Assembly (NCBI GenBank): GCA_009914755.4
Contig: CP068257.2
Span: 32,672,001-32,736,000 of the forward strand
DNA: 64,000 nucleotides
DNA from: the human T2T-CHM13v2.0 reference genome, Homo sapiens
Direction of reading: 5' to 3'
In this document: positions 41,748-53,462 of the stretch, one piece after another
Layout of the letters: every line of letters begins with the position of its first letter
How positions within the stretch are numbered: position 1 is the stretch's first letter
The notes under the pieces: model-generated
The model's database searches: none
What the model saw: the letters and a program-made list of their open reading frames with translations, nothing else
Told to the model about the DNA's origin: nothing
Made by a program: the position numbers and the translations under genes

Positions 41748-42157
41748 TTAGGTGACTGCAAAAGGAATTGCCGTTTTTGCATTATTGGAACTTGCTGTTT
41801 AACATTGGAACATATTCTTAAATAAATGTAATTATGTTATACATCATTTTAATGGGCATTTCTCACTTTTTTTTTTGCTAATGACGTTACTTGCTGTTTA
41901 TGTTTATTTTAGACTATGGAAATGATGTTAGACAAAAAGCAAATTTGAGTGATTTTCTTATTTGAGTTCAAAACGGGTCATAAAGCAGTGGAGAAAACTG
42001 GAAACATCAGCAATGCTTTTGGCCCAGGAACTGCCAAGGAATGTACAGAGCAGTGGTGGTTCAAGAAGTTTTGCCAAGGAGACGAGGGCCTTGCAGATGA
42101 GGAGCGGAGTGGCCGGCCATTGGAAGCTGACAATGACCAACTGAGAGCAATCATGCT
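41748..42157 (+). mobile_element. Hsmar1 mariner DNA transposon, 5' fragment (ITR plus start of transposase gene), 3'-truncated
   Basis: The 5' ITR ttaggtgactgcaaaaggaattgccgtttttgc matches the Hsmar1/MADE1 ITR ttaggttggtgcaaaagtaattgcggtttttgc. It is preceded by TA. Downstream, ...gttcaaaacgggtcataaagcagtggagaaaactgg...gcttttggcccaggaactgccaaggaatgtacagagcagtggtggttcaagaagttttgccaaggagacgag...agtggccggccattggaagctgacaatgaccaactgagagcaatcatg matches the Hsmar1 coding start. Confidence 0.8.
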
Positions 42158-42161
42158 TTAA
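41922..42161 (+). pseudogene. Mariner (Hsmar1/SETMAR-type) transposase N-terminal fragment, truncated after ~80 codons
   Basis: The translation MMLDKKQI*VIFLFEFKTGHKAVEKTGNISNAFGPGTAKECTEQWWFKKFCQGDEGLADEERSGRPLEADNDQLRAIM lines up with the Hsmar1 transposase N-terminus MKMMLDKKQIRAIFLFEFKMGRKAAETTRNINNAFGPGTANERTVQWWFKKFCKGDESLEDEERSGRPSEVDNDQLRAI. It has one in-frame stop, and homology is lost at ~42158. ORF track entry 41949..42161. Confidence 0.7.
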
Positions 42162-42424
42162 AATTGGTGAGGATGTAAAGTCATGAAGAGGGAATTGGTT
42201 TAGGGGCAACACACCTCTGAGAGTGCCCTCCAGAGTTGTGTGACACAGTGGCCCAGAGAGAGTGTAGAATCTCCAGGGCTATCCAAAACACTAAATTCTT
42301 TGGTACTTATTCATTGAATCAATGGAGAGACTTTAGGGATGGCATTTGGTACAGATCTGTAAGTAATGTATGAACATCCATTGGTCTCTAATAGCAGTAA
42401 CGACAATTTTAATCATCATAATTA

Positions 42425-42578
42425 TTTAGCCTGTACCTGCTCTGTGCACAGATCCTGTGCCATGTGCCCTGTCACACTTAACCGTTACAAGAGCCTGTGA
42501 ATTACAGATGATATTCCTATTTTATAGACCAGGAAACTAAAGCTCGGAGAGAGTCAGAATCTCTGATCTTACGCAGTG
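42425..42578 (-). mobile_element. MIR SINE fragment
   Basis: The segment attcctattttatagaccaggaaactaaagctcggagagagtcagaatctctgatcttacgcag matches the MIR core ccccattttacagatgaggaaactgaggctcagagagg. Confidence 0.5.
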
Positions 42579-42972
42579 TCTTGGTCTGCTCCGGCTGCCA
42601 TAACAAAGTATCACAGACCGAGTGGCTTCAACAACAGGCACTGATCAGGCACTGATTGCCTAATAGTCTTGGAGGCTAGAAGTCCAGGGTCACCTGTTGA
42701 AAGGAGGACTGGTTTCCCCTGAGGCCTCTCACCTTGGCTGGTAGGTGGCCGTCTGTGTGTATCCCAGGTGTGTCTCTGTGTGTCCAATTTTCCTCTTATA
42801 AGGACACCAGTCAGATTGGATTAGGGCCTACCCTAAAGACCTCATTTTAACTTAATCACATCTTTAAAGGCCTTTTCTCTAAATATAGTCACATGCTGAG
42901 TTACTTGGGGTTAGAGCTTCAACATATAAATTGGGAGGGGTGGGGTTCAGGGATACAATTCAGTCCCTTTCA
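42579..42972 (+). mobile_element. LTR-like interspersed repeat (copy 3 of 3, same family as 6119-6880 and 25685-26074)
   Basis: The segment tcttggtctgctccggctgccataacaaagtatcacagaccgagtggcttcaacaacagg...tggaggctagaagtccagggtcac...tataaggacaccagtcagattggattagggcctaccctaaagacctcattttaacttaatcacatctttaaaggcc...gggatacaattcagtccc is collinear with the other two copies. Confidence 0.5.
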
Positions 42973-44492
42973 GACAGCAAGTAGGATGAACTAAGGAGAA
43001 AAATGGGACTAAGGCGGTCATTAAGTCTCATTAGATCCCCTCTCAGAAGCCAGGCCTGGGGCAGGGGAGGTTTAAAGGTAAGAGCACCCACATGAGGCCA
43101 GGAGGACAGAGCATGTCTCTCTCCTTCCTGCACCCCTTCCTTCCATCCCATACTAACTAATCAGTCTTCCCTATAGGTCAAAAGTATTGAATGGTTCAGT
43201 TAATTTCCTTCAGCCTAGAACCTAAACTCCAGAGTTATAATGAGAGACCCGTTCGCGCCCACTGTGCACCAGGGCCAGATCGGAGCTGATGGGGAACCAT
43301 GCCAAACACAACACCATTCCTTAGCGCATAGTTGAGGTGGAGCATGTGGAATGGGCCTGAGGTTCCTTGAATTCTTTTCGAGGCTGAGATCTATGCAGCC
43401 CTACGCCCCCAAAGCCCTCTCTCTGCATTCAATTTGTAGCAAAGTAAACAATTTGTAGCCAGTAAACAGGGAGTCCATTGTGACAATGTTCTGGGGACTG
43501 GGCTTCAAAGAGGCCTTTTGTTCTAAGTGATATTTAAAAATTCTTCATTAGCTATAAAAAGTTGTTTTAAAAACTCTTTCCCAGACACCCAAATGCCTCT
43601 CATATGAAAAAAAAAAAAAAAAAAAAACCCACAAAGCTTATGAATAACAAGGAATGGTCATTTGTGGCCCAGACTTCTAGTCTGGTCAAGTCAACAGGGT
43701 GTGCGAGGCTCAAAGAGAGAAGCTGCAGGCGAGGGAGCTGAGCCTCCTGCTGTGACAGGACTGAGGCGCTGCTGGGGACAGGAGTAAGACCATGAGCAAA
43801 ACGAAACTGTCTGCAGTGTCGAGCCCTGTGATACGTGCACTATTGCTTGGGGACAACTTAAAGAAGGCAGGGCCACTGGCTCCCACTGTGGCAGGGGGCA
43901 TCCTTCATCCAGGTTAGTTATCTAAACTGCAGTGTGAATGTTGCCCCCGCAGGGGAGTACACTGAGGTAAACCTGAGCCAGGCACAGCAAAAAGCTCTAG
44001 AAGAAGAAAGCAGGGAGCACCTGAGCTAAGGAGACTGGGCATGTCTCGTGGAGGGGTTAGGACTCGAATGGATGCTTGAGGAATTTGGGCAGGGAAGTCT
44101 ATTTTTCCCGTGGCTTCCCTAGGGACATGGAGAACCCCCAGCATCTATACTACCAAACCGCCTATATGACCCCAAAATGCTCCCAAGGGCACCATGAATG
44201 CAACTGTTTTTAAACAATGGCCTGTCCCCTAGGGCCCATCCTATCTCCAAGGCTGGCCTCTCTGGAAAGCAATATCGCTTGGGGCCTGAGAAGCAGGCTA
44301 GCTATGGAATCTCCACATCTCCAAGAACGTGCCCAGTTACTTCTCAGGAGCTCATAGGAAGCTTCTGCTGCCCTGCTGCCCATGGACTGGTCAAGAAACA
44401 GGAAGGTGCATTCTCTGAACACCCAATTTTGCAAAGATTATGGTCTAGTCATTTCCCTAATTGTCTCTTTCAGCTATAACGTCTTCACATCC

Positions 44493-44801
44493 TTTTTTTT
44501 TTTTTTTTTTTTCCTGAGACAGGGTCTTGCTCTGTCACCCAGGCTGGAGTGCAGTGGTACAATCATACATAGCTCACCGTAGCCTCAAACTCCTAGGTTC
44601 ATGCGATCCTCCAGCCTCAGCCTCCCAAGTAGCTGAGACTACAGGCACACACCACAATGCCCAGCTAATTTTTAAATTTTTTGTAGAGGTGGGGTCTTGC
44701 TATATTGTCTGGGCTGGTCTCGAACTCCTGGCCTCAAGCAATCCTCCCTCCTCAGCCTCCCAAAGTGGTAGGATTACAGGTATGAGCCACTGCACCTGGT
44801 C
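44493..44801 (-). mobile_element. Alu SINE, minus orientation
   Basis: A poly-T of about 22 nt is followed by cctgagacagggtcttgctctgtcacccaggctggagtgcagtggtacaatcatacatagctcaccgtagcctcaaactcc...ctcagcctcccaaagtggtaggattacaggtatgagccactgcacctggtc. It is flanked by cacatcc. A paralogous uninterrupted copy of the insertion site is present at ~46795. Confidence 0.95.
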
Positions 44802-46073
44802 CACATCCTATTCTTACTGAGGTGTTTGAGACCAAAATGCATTCTGAGAATTCTTAGATAAATTTCACTCTTTATGTACCAACGGAGGAACACTGCAGTC
44901 ACCTAAGTCATGCCCCTCCTTATGCCAGTGAGGAAACTGAGGCCAAGACAAGGAGCCCAATGCCCAAGGCACCCCCAACAAGTTAGGGGTAGAGCTGAGC
45001 GACTCTCCCAGCACCCTCCTCCAAAGCATTGTTGGACACAGCGTGATTCTTGCCTCCTGCTCCTAGCTCATTCTTTAGTTTTCACAGTGAAAATTCCAAC
45101 CCTTTATCTGATGGCATTTACTCCCATTATAATAGAAATATATTAACATTTGACCTGTGATCAGATCATTTCCTAGGAACAGGGTTTGGCAGGAGAGAAG
45201 GGAAGACCCTAAACTGTTCTTGTTGGTGCATGTGTGTATGTGCGTTTGTGTGTGGGGTTGTGTGTGTGTGAGACAGACCAGAAGGAAGATGGGCAAGAGT
45301 TAGGAGAAGGACAGAGAAAGGCAGAGACAAGTTTGCCCACTGCACAATATTGCCTCCATCTGGCCTGGCTTGGATGATCTGAAAGACTCTGATATTATCC
45401 AGAAGACCGGGGGTGCTGACCAAAGACTTCTCCAGGCACTCAGAAGTTGTCCTTCCAAGCATATTCCTTGGCTCTCCGAGAACCACAAGTAATTGATGAC
45501 ACCTCCCACCCCAGCCCCCGCCTTCTCCACATCCTATTCTTTCCAGCTTCTGGGCAGATAGATGTGCTTGTTTGTAGACTCATTCATTCCAGGCTTTGCA
45601 GTAATCTCAGACTTGACAAACACAGCATGGTCGCATTCATCATGGTCACCTGGTCCTCATTAGGGCCATCAGGGGAGGCCGGTGCCTGGCTTTGTGATGA
45701 GTGGTTCCTCCTCCACGTGGGCTCCAAAGTGCCCAGCAGCCTTTTGTTGTTTGCATGAAGGCCTTGGGTGACTCTGCCAGGCTCGGCTCAACATTTTCCA
45801 CATGACTGATGGCATTCAAAACTTTGCAATGCCAATAGGCAAATGTCTTGACTGGCTTTGTTTCTTGTTGGTTCAGGTGGAATAATAAGGCTGATTCTGC
45901 CAGAAATGTCAGTGTGAAGCTGGGAGGTTGGTGTTTGTTCATAAGGACACAGGAAAGCAGATAGCTAAGTGACCGGGTGCCCCGGGGCCTGGGTGCCCAG
46001 TGCCAGTGGTCAGAAAGGTTGCTTTGGTGTTTTTCATTGTTAGTGAGACAGAGATGGTGTGCCTTAGGGGTAG

Positions 46074-46649
<576 letters not shown>

Positions 46650-49600
46650 TAGTCCTCAGCATCAGGAGGTAATCAAATATCTGAATGCTGGTCCTTCCAT
46701 TGTCTGATGACCAGATCCAGCTGAAACATCCAATTTTGTAAAATATTCTGCTCTGGCATTTCCATAATTATCTCCTTCAACTGTAACGTGTTCACATCCT
46801 GTTCTAACTGAGGTGTTTGGGACTTACATGCTTTCTGATAATGATGATAAATTCCACCCTTTGTGCGCTAGAGTCATCAGGTGAAATTGCTTTCGCTAGG
46901 GTGTTTTGTTCTACTGTACTTTGACATGGATTCCGAAGTCTGCGTCATACAGAAGACAGGCGATTGTAATTATTATTTTGAAATGGACACATTGCTGAGC
47001 TCCTGGAAATGAGCCTAAAGATAAACATGAGGACTCAGGGGCCTTGAAATCCATACCAGGCAGCTTCCTGATTCTTGCAGGCCCGTTTGGTCACTGCCAG
47101 ACTAAACAGAAAGCTGCCCCTCCCCTCCCTGGGCTGGCACTTTGGGGCTTTTGTTAGTTGGGCAGGAGTGCAAATCCTTGAAGATACTCTCCGTGGAAAG
47201 CCTGCGTCTTTACATCCTCTGCCTGAGACCTTGGCCAGTGCTGGCAACGTGGCCTCGAGCTGCCCTGGGGTTCCTTGACATTTCCTCATTTGGGACTCTG
47301 GGGCCTTTGCTCCAGCTTAGCTGTGTATCTCAGGGGTCAGGAAGGAGAGGTGGCCTATGGTCTTGTTTTTCAGCCTCTGGAATTGGGAAGAAGCTTTGGA
47401 GTTAGGAAGAGTCCCAAGCCACAGGCCCCGGCCAGTTTCTGACCAGAGAGGTGGAGGGGCAATCGCGGAGGTGGGCTTTGAAGTGGTGAGGGGGCCTGGG
47501 GGCAGATGGCAAGCAAGCAGGGAGTGTGTTTGTTACCCTGTGCTAAAGGTGTATCCGATAGGTGTATCCGATGTCACTCAGTCACTGAGCACCCAGGAAG
47601 GATACCATCATGTCCAGCCAAGCACCTGCAGACACATAGATTCATTGGCTCTCAGCCACATATGGTGATGGGAAACTCTACCTTGTCCCATGTGGTGGCA
47701 TTTCAGTGTCTACTGAGCATCACTTGCAACCCTCCCGGGCTGTTCCCTGGCAGGTCCTGGCACTGCAGGTCAGTGTCTGGGGCAGCAGCTCTTTCCATGG
47801 GGTTGCCTCCCTTCTCCTGCCTGCCACGTCTCCTGCTGGCTTCTCTTACAGCTTTCTCTACCTCCAACTCTCTTCCCTTTCTAGAAAGACACCAGAGAAG
47901 AAGGGAGGAAACCCTCCCATCCAGGGAGTTCCCTCTTTTCACTCCTCTTTCTTTGGTTCTTAACCTCAAGCACTCCCTTGTCCCACCTGGGCAACCCTGC
48001 TTCAAGGTAGCTTGCCTTAGGGGCCTGTTTTCCCTTGTCTTTGGAAAGCAAGCCCCAGAGGTGAGTCAGCATACAAATATAGAACACGTTCCTCAGAATA
48101 AAGAAATCCCCACTTACAGTGTGGCTGGCGAGGGTGTGGGGCACAGATGTGAGGAGGGTGGGCACACGGAGAGGGGAAGGGACGTGGGTTGGGTCGGGGG
48201 AGGCCAAGTGACCCCACCATGTTGCAGAAGAACCTCAGCTGGGTCACAGGAAGTGGCATGCGGGAGTCACCATGGAAGCCACAGTTTAAAATGTCAGGCC
48301 ACCTTCCTCACAGCTGAGGAGGGGGCAGATAGGCTGATGGGGGAAAAGTGCATGAATTTTTCTGGTTCCATCAATGCCTCTGAGAATCAGCAAAGAGCAA
48401 AAAGAGCAAAGCCCAGAGACGTGACCTGGTTGAGGACCCTACGCTCCTTGAAGGCAGGAATCAAGCCTTGTTCATGTTTGCATTTCAACACCAAGCGCAG
48501 CTCCAGGCTCCAAGTCGAGGCCCAGGAAGCGCTGGCTGTCCTGAAGGTGCTCAGTCTGAAGGTGTCGGGCCCAGGTGTAGGAAGCAGAGCCAGAGGACCA
48601 GGATGGGAAGGCACTGGGCCCGCGGTGGTGAGTTTCTGTAGATGCTGGGCTAAGAGGGCTATTGGCAGAAGAAAATCATGGAAAGGCATTTTGATGACAT
48701 TTCTTCTTAAAAAATTTTAAAATAATGAGCACTCATTTTCACAGTACTCATCAGAACAACACAAAGATGCAATCAGAACAAGCTGTACTTCCCTCCCGAC
48801 CCTTCGCTCTCCCTCACCCAGGTAAACAATTTTCTTTCTCCTTAGAATTCTGAGATTTCACCAAGTTATGTCTAGGTGTGTGTCATTTAAAAAATAACCC
48901 TGTCTGGGACTTGGGCCTTTCAATATGCAATCTAAAGTCTTCTGGCAGGTCAGGGAAATTTTCGTCTGTTATTTTTTAAATAGCACTTCTCTTCCATCTG
49001 TTCTCTCTTTCTTTCTCTCTTTCCTTCTGGAACGTTTGCTATTTGTATGTCATGCCTCTCGTTTTGTCCTTTAAGTCTCTTACCATTCCCTCCTGGGTTC
49101 CACCTCTTTGTGTTTTTATGTCGTGAACTCCTTCCTCTACTTGATCCTCTAAACCTCAAATTCACTGCCCAACAGTGATCCTCCTCTTTTCAGTCCATTT
49201 TCTGAGTTTTTTAAAATTTAAAAAAAAAAAGAAGAAGGTTTTCTTTTAGCTCCAAGTCTTTTTCTCAGACTTAAATGGTATCTTCTTGAGCATTCTTTTT
49301 TACTTGTTTTTCAAGCCTCTTTTCCCTCCATGGGGGGGCTCCCTGGGATGCAGATTTGGTCCCTCTCCCCCTCATCACACAGATCTCTGCATGCCTGCGA
49401 TTTTGCAGGCCACAGACAGGCAGTTGAGGGCATGAATGTTCATCGAGCAGTGGACGGCACAGATGTTTCTGCTTTTCAGAGCCAGCAGCAACAAACCAAG
49501 TGAGCAGCCACTTCTCTGCAGATCAGAGCGGGGCATCTTCTCTGCTTTGTGCTCTTCCTGGGATTAAAGTCCAGTTCTTGAATATGGAGGGATAGGGAAT

Positions 49601-51005
49601 TATGAGCAAAGGTGGGAGAATTAGCTTCAAAGAGCTAGGGAGGGGAATATACCTTCTCGTGAGCCTGCAGTACTGGCAGGTGGGGTTGCAAATGTAGACC
49701 CTGTACATTTCGGCAGTAAGTTGGGGGATTTCATGGTCAATGATAGAGATGGGCTCAAGGCAGCCATTTGAATGTTTCCTCTAATTCAGAGAGAAATTGC
49801 CCCTGAGGTATTGCCTTCAACCTCCCATGGCTTTCACCTATCCCCGGCAACCCAAGCAATAGACTGCTGTGGGGCGCTAAGGAGAATCAGAGGCAGAGAT
49901 CTCACCCCGATGTGCTTCCCGCATCCTTCAAGGTGGTTTAGTTACCATCTCCTGAATTATTCTTTGTCTGAGCCATCAGAGGCTTCGTCTGTCCCTCTGT
50001 TGGCTCCCTCTTTGGGGCACTGGGAGGATGCTACAGCAGCCCTGGGGTTAGCTCCTCCACGCAAACATGGAGGTGATGCAGCGTGGCTTGCAGGAAGACC
50101 CCCAGGCTTTAGCTTTCCTGAGCTGTCCTTTGTTTACCTGTGGTGAACATAGGACCCAGGGTAATTGAGGATCTGGCTGGGGTTGGGGTGGGATCTTGGC
50201 AAGGAGAATCCAAGGGAAGTCACTCCCCTCTAAGGGGAGGCAGAGTCCTGGGAAATAGGAGGCCTCTGACAGAGCCAAGTAAAGACTGAGCACACAGCCA
50301 CAGCCTCTGGAACACCATCTGCAGTGTGGCAAGATGCAATCAGAAGTCAGGACGTGGCCCAGGAGGAGGAGGAGGAGGAGGCGGCAGAAGTTCCTGCACC
50401 ACAGAGGCCCAGGCATCCTCTCTGCCTTGAGGTTCCAAACCTACCACCACCCAACACTTTCAGAGGCTGTGACCACCTTCGGGCCAGGGAAGAAAAACTT
50501 CAGTGACTTATAACTTGTGTTTGTTTTGTTTTTCCTAGAAAGTCTGAACATAACTGCGAGAGCTGTTTAAATTTAGGATCTAAGTTATAAAGCAGATAGG
50601 ACTAAAAATTCTTTTTCCTACTAACCAGCAGTAAAGACCCAGAAAGAAGACAGATAAGTTTTAGACAAAATCAAGGGACTTGGCTTTATTTCCTGCACAT
50701 CCAGGTTGCACTGTGAGTTAGAATTTGCAACCCTCCCCTACCCCACACTTTCATGCCTTTTTTTTTTTTTTTTACTTTTTCCAGACCCCATTGGCTAGTA
50801 AATGACCTAAAATGCATCGGAAAAACAGCAAAAAGAGACTTGAATAGACATTTCTCCAAGGAAGATAAACAAATGGCCAACAAGCACATGAAAAAGATGC
50901 ACCATGTCATTAGTCATTAGGGAAACACACATCCAAACCACAACAGTATGATAACACTTCACACCCACGATGACGGCCACAGTTTTTTTTTAGAAAAGAG
51001 AAAAT

Positions 51006-51306
51006 GGCCGGGTGCGGTGGCTCACGCCTGTAATCCCAGCACTTCGGGAGGCCAAGGTGGGTGGATCACTTGCAGTCAGGAGTTTAAGACCAGCCTGGCC
51101 AACATGGTGAAACCCCATCTCTACTAAAAAATACAAAAATTAGCTGGGAGTGGTGGCGGGTGCCTGTAATCCAAGCTACTCAGGAGGCCGAGGCGGAAGA
51201 ATCGCTTAAACCCAGGAGGCAGAAGTTGCAGTGAGCTGAGATCATGCCATCACACTCCAGACTGGGCGACAGAGTGAGACTCTGTCTCAAAAAAAAAAAA
51301 AAAAAA
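51006..51306 (+). mobile_element. Alu SINE, plus orientation (inside the L1)
   Basis: The segment ggccgggtgcggtggctcacgcctgtaatcccagcacttcgggaggccaaggtgggtggatcacttgcagtcaggagtttaagaccagcctggccaacatggtgaaaccccatctctactaaaaaatacaaaaattagctgggagtggtggcgggtgcctgtaatcc...actgggcgacagagtgagactctgtctc plus poly-A matches Alu. It is flanked by agaaaagagaaaat and agagaagagaaaat. Confidence 0.95.
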
Positions 51307-51936
51307 GAGAAGAGAAAATAAGTGTTGGCGAGGATATGGAAAAATTAGAACCCTTATAACATTGCTGGTGGGAAAGTAAAATGGTCACTATGGAAAAGAG
51401 TTTGGTGGTGTCCCACTAATTTAAACACAGAATTCCCATGTGAGCCAACAATTCCAGGTTGTATACCCCTACAATCAAAACAGGTGTTCAGATAAAAACA
51501 TGTGCATAAATGTTTATAGTATCTCCATTCACAATAGCCAAAAGTTGGAAGGAACCCAAATGTCCATCAACAGATGAATAGATAAACACAACGTGGTATA
51601 TCCTATCCATACAATAACATATTATTTAACCATAAAAGGGAGTGAAGTATCAATGTATGTTACAGATGGAGGAATCTTGAAAACACTATGCTAAGTGAAA
51701 GAAACCAGATGCAAAGGCCCACAAAACATATGATTCTATTTATATGAAATGTCCCGAACAGGCAAATCCACAGACACAGAAAGCAGGTTAGTGGTAGCCA
51801 GGAGAAAGGGCCAGGGGAGAAATAGGGAATGACTTAAAGGGTGGTGAAAAACTTCTGGGACTAGATAGCAGATGGTTGCATAGCACTGTGAAGATACTCA
51901 AAGCTACTGAATTGCACACTTCAAGATAGTAAATTT

Positions 51937-52100
51937 GGTGTGTGTTGGTGCACACCTGTAGTTCCAACTACTCAGAAGGCTGAGCTGGGAGGATAGCTTG
52001 AGCCCAGGAGTAGAAGGCTGCAGTGAGCTATGATTGTGCTACTGCACTCCAGCCTGGACGACAGAGAGAGACTCCATATCTTAAAAAAAAAAAAAAAAAA
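51937..52100 (+). mobile_element. Alu right-arm fragment (5'-truncated Alu) plus poly-A
   Basis: The segment ggtgtgtgttggtgcacacctgtagttccaactactcagaaggctgagctgggaggatagcttgagcccaggagtagaaggctgcagtgagctatgattgtgctactgcactccagcctggacgacagagagagactccatatcttaaaaaaaaaaaaaaaaaa matches the Alu right arm. Confidence 0.8.
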
Positions 52101-53305
52101 TTAAATGTTAAGTTGTGTGTACTCTACCACAATTTTAAAAAATCCATACAGAGGATGCTGTCGCTGAAATATTGACCTCATATTAAGAGTAGCCTGCATT
52201 CAGTAAGTGTTCAGCGTGTGCTGGGCATTTTGTGTGGACTATTTGTTTTGGTTCTTACAGGGATCCCAGGAGATAATATCATTATTCCCATTTTGCAGGT
52301 GAGGAAACAGACTTAGCTCAAGGGACAGCCCAAATCCCAGAGAGTCTCACTCAGGAACGCAAGCACTTAGCTCTCCCAGCACGCAGCGAGGTGGGAGGGA
52401 AGGAGGGAGCTGCCAAGGTTTCCTTCCTTCTTAGGACCATAGGTTAGAGTTCAGGGCACAGCACCCAACTTGGATGGCACAGGGTGCTCTTCCTGGCCTC
52501 GGGCTGAAAAGAGGGCGGCACTATTATAATTGCTTCCGGCTTTTGTCTCTAACATATGGAAAAACAGCGTGGGTAAGGGAGTCTAGAAGGAGACATCCTG
52601 CTGAAGCCCGTTGGAAGGACGCCTAAGGTTGCAAGGACCATCGTCCATGAAGGAATAGCTGGTGTTACCTGGCGCCTGAATGTAGGGCCTTCTCCTCTGT
52701 GGAGAATGTGGGCCTGACCCCAGGGAAGCCACTTCTTCACCATTTCCCACCCCTGGAGGCTGCAGTCCTCTCATGCCATCACTTCCCATTAGCTTCCAAC
52801 AATAAAGATCCCAGACTCAGCCTGCTGAGCCAGAGAGATGAGGAGGCATTGGCAGGAAGCCACTGCAGAGGGGGCAGCTGCCTCTCAGAACTGACTTTGG
52901 GGTGGTGGCTGGCTCTGTCCCTGCTGTAGCCAACTGGGGGCAAAAAGTCCAATTGAAGGACAAGTTTCAAGGGCGGGTTAGGGTGAGCAGAAAGGATGAG
53001 TCCCTGGCAGTGGCTGTCCCAGCCCTGGGCCACCGTGCCTGGGTCTCCAGTGAAATCCCGTCCAGTGGTCATCATCAGAAACCTAAGCCCTGACTCCGGG
53101 GCCAGAGGTGACTGTGAGTGGAGTGGACGAACCCAGATGGGTGACCACAATGACCAGAGGAGGGAGCAATGGCTGCTTCCAGATGGGGAGGGGGTAGAAA
53201 CGCCATTTGAACTCTATCCTGAAGATTCGGCTTTGGGCAGTAACTGGCATCAAAGCCACAGTCCTGAAGTAGGGCAGCATCACTTCACTCTTATCTTTGA
53301 GGAAC

Positions 53306-53462
53306 TTTTTTTTTTAAGAGACGGGGTGTTACTTTCTCACCCAGGCTGGAGCACAGTGATGCACATGGCTTACTGAAGCCTCAAACTCCTGGCCTCAAGT
53401 GATCCTCCCGCCTTGGCCTCCCAAAGTTCTGGGATTACAGGCATAAGTCCCTGCGCCCAGCC
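53306..53462 (-). mobile_element. Alu SINE, internally deleted (~160 bp), minus orientation
   Basis: The segment tttttttttaagagacggggtgttactttctcacccaggctggagcacagtgatgcacatggcttactgaagcctcaaactcctggcctcaagtgatcctcccgccttggcctcccaaagttctgggattacaggcataagtccctgcgcccagcc joins right-arm sequence directly to the left-arm 5' end. Confidence 0.8.

Larger units (their letters stand above)
50795..52140 (+). mobile_element. LINE-1 3' end, old (L1M-like), carrying two Alu insertions
   Basis: The segment aaaaacagcaaaaagagacttgaatagacatttctccaaggaagataaacaaatggccaacaagcacatgaaaaagatgcaccatgtcattagtcattagggaaacacacatccaaaccacaacagtatgataacacttcacaccc is the L1 ORF2 region beginning at the tmtgatggccaayaarcacatgaaaa motif. 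After the Alu it continues ataagtgttggcgaggatatggaaaaattagaacccttataacattgctggtgggaaagtaaaatggtcac...caggttgtatacccctacaatcaaaacag...ccaaaagttggaaggaacccaaatgtccatcaacagatgaatagataaacacaacgtggtatatc...ctatgctaagtgaaagaaaccagatgcaaaggcccac...gtggtagccaggagaaagggccagggg... Confidence 0.7.

Noticed and set aside
47541-47566. 13-bp tandem duplication ggtgtatccgata/ggtgtatccgatg
   Set aside because: It is real in the sequence but tiny. It is most simply a replication-slippage duplication and has no evident functional implication.
47506-48720. 404-aa ORF as a protein-coding gene
   Set aside because: Multiple frames on both strands are simultaneously open in the same GC-rich segment. The translation is low-complexity with no recognisable domain, and there is no CpG island or obvious splice context. 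It is listed as a finding to be tested, but I am not calling it a CDS.
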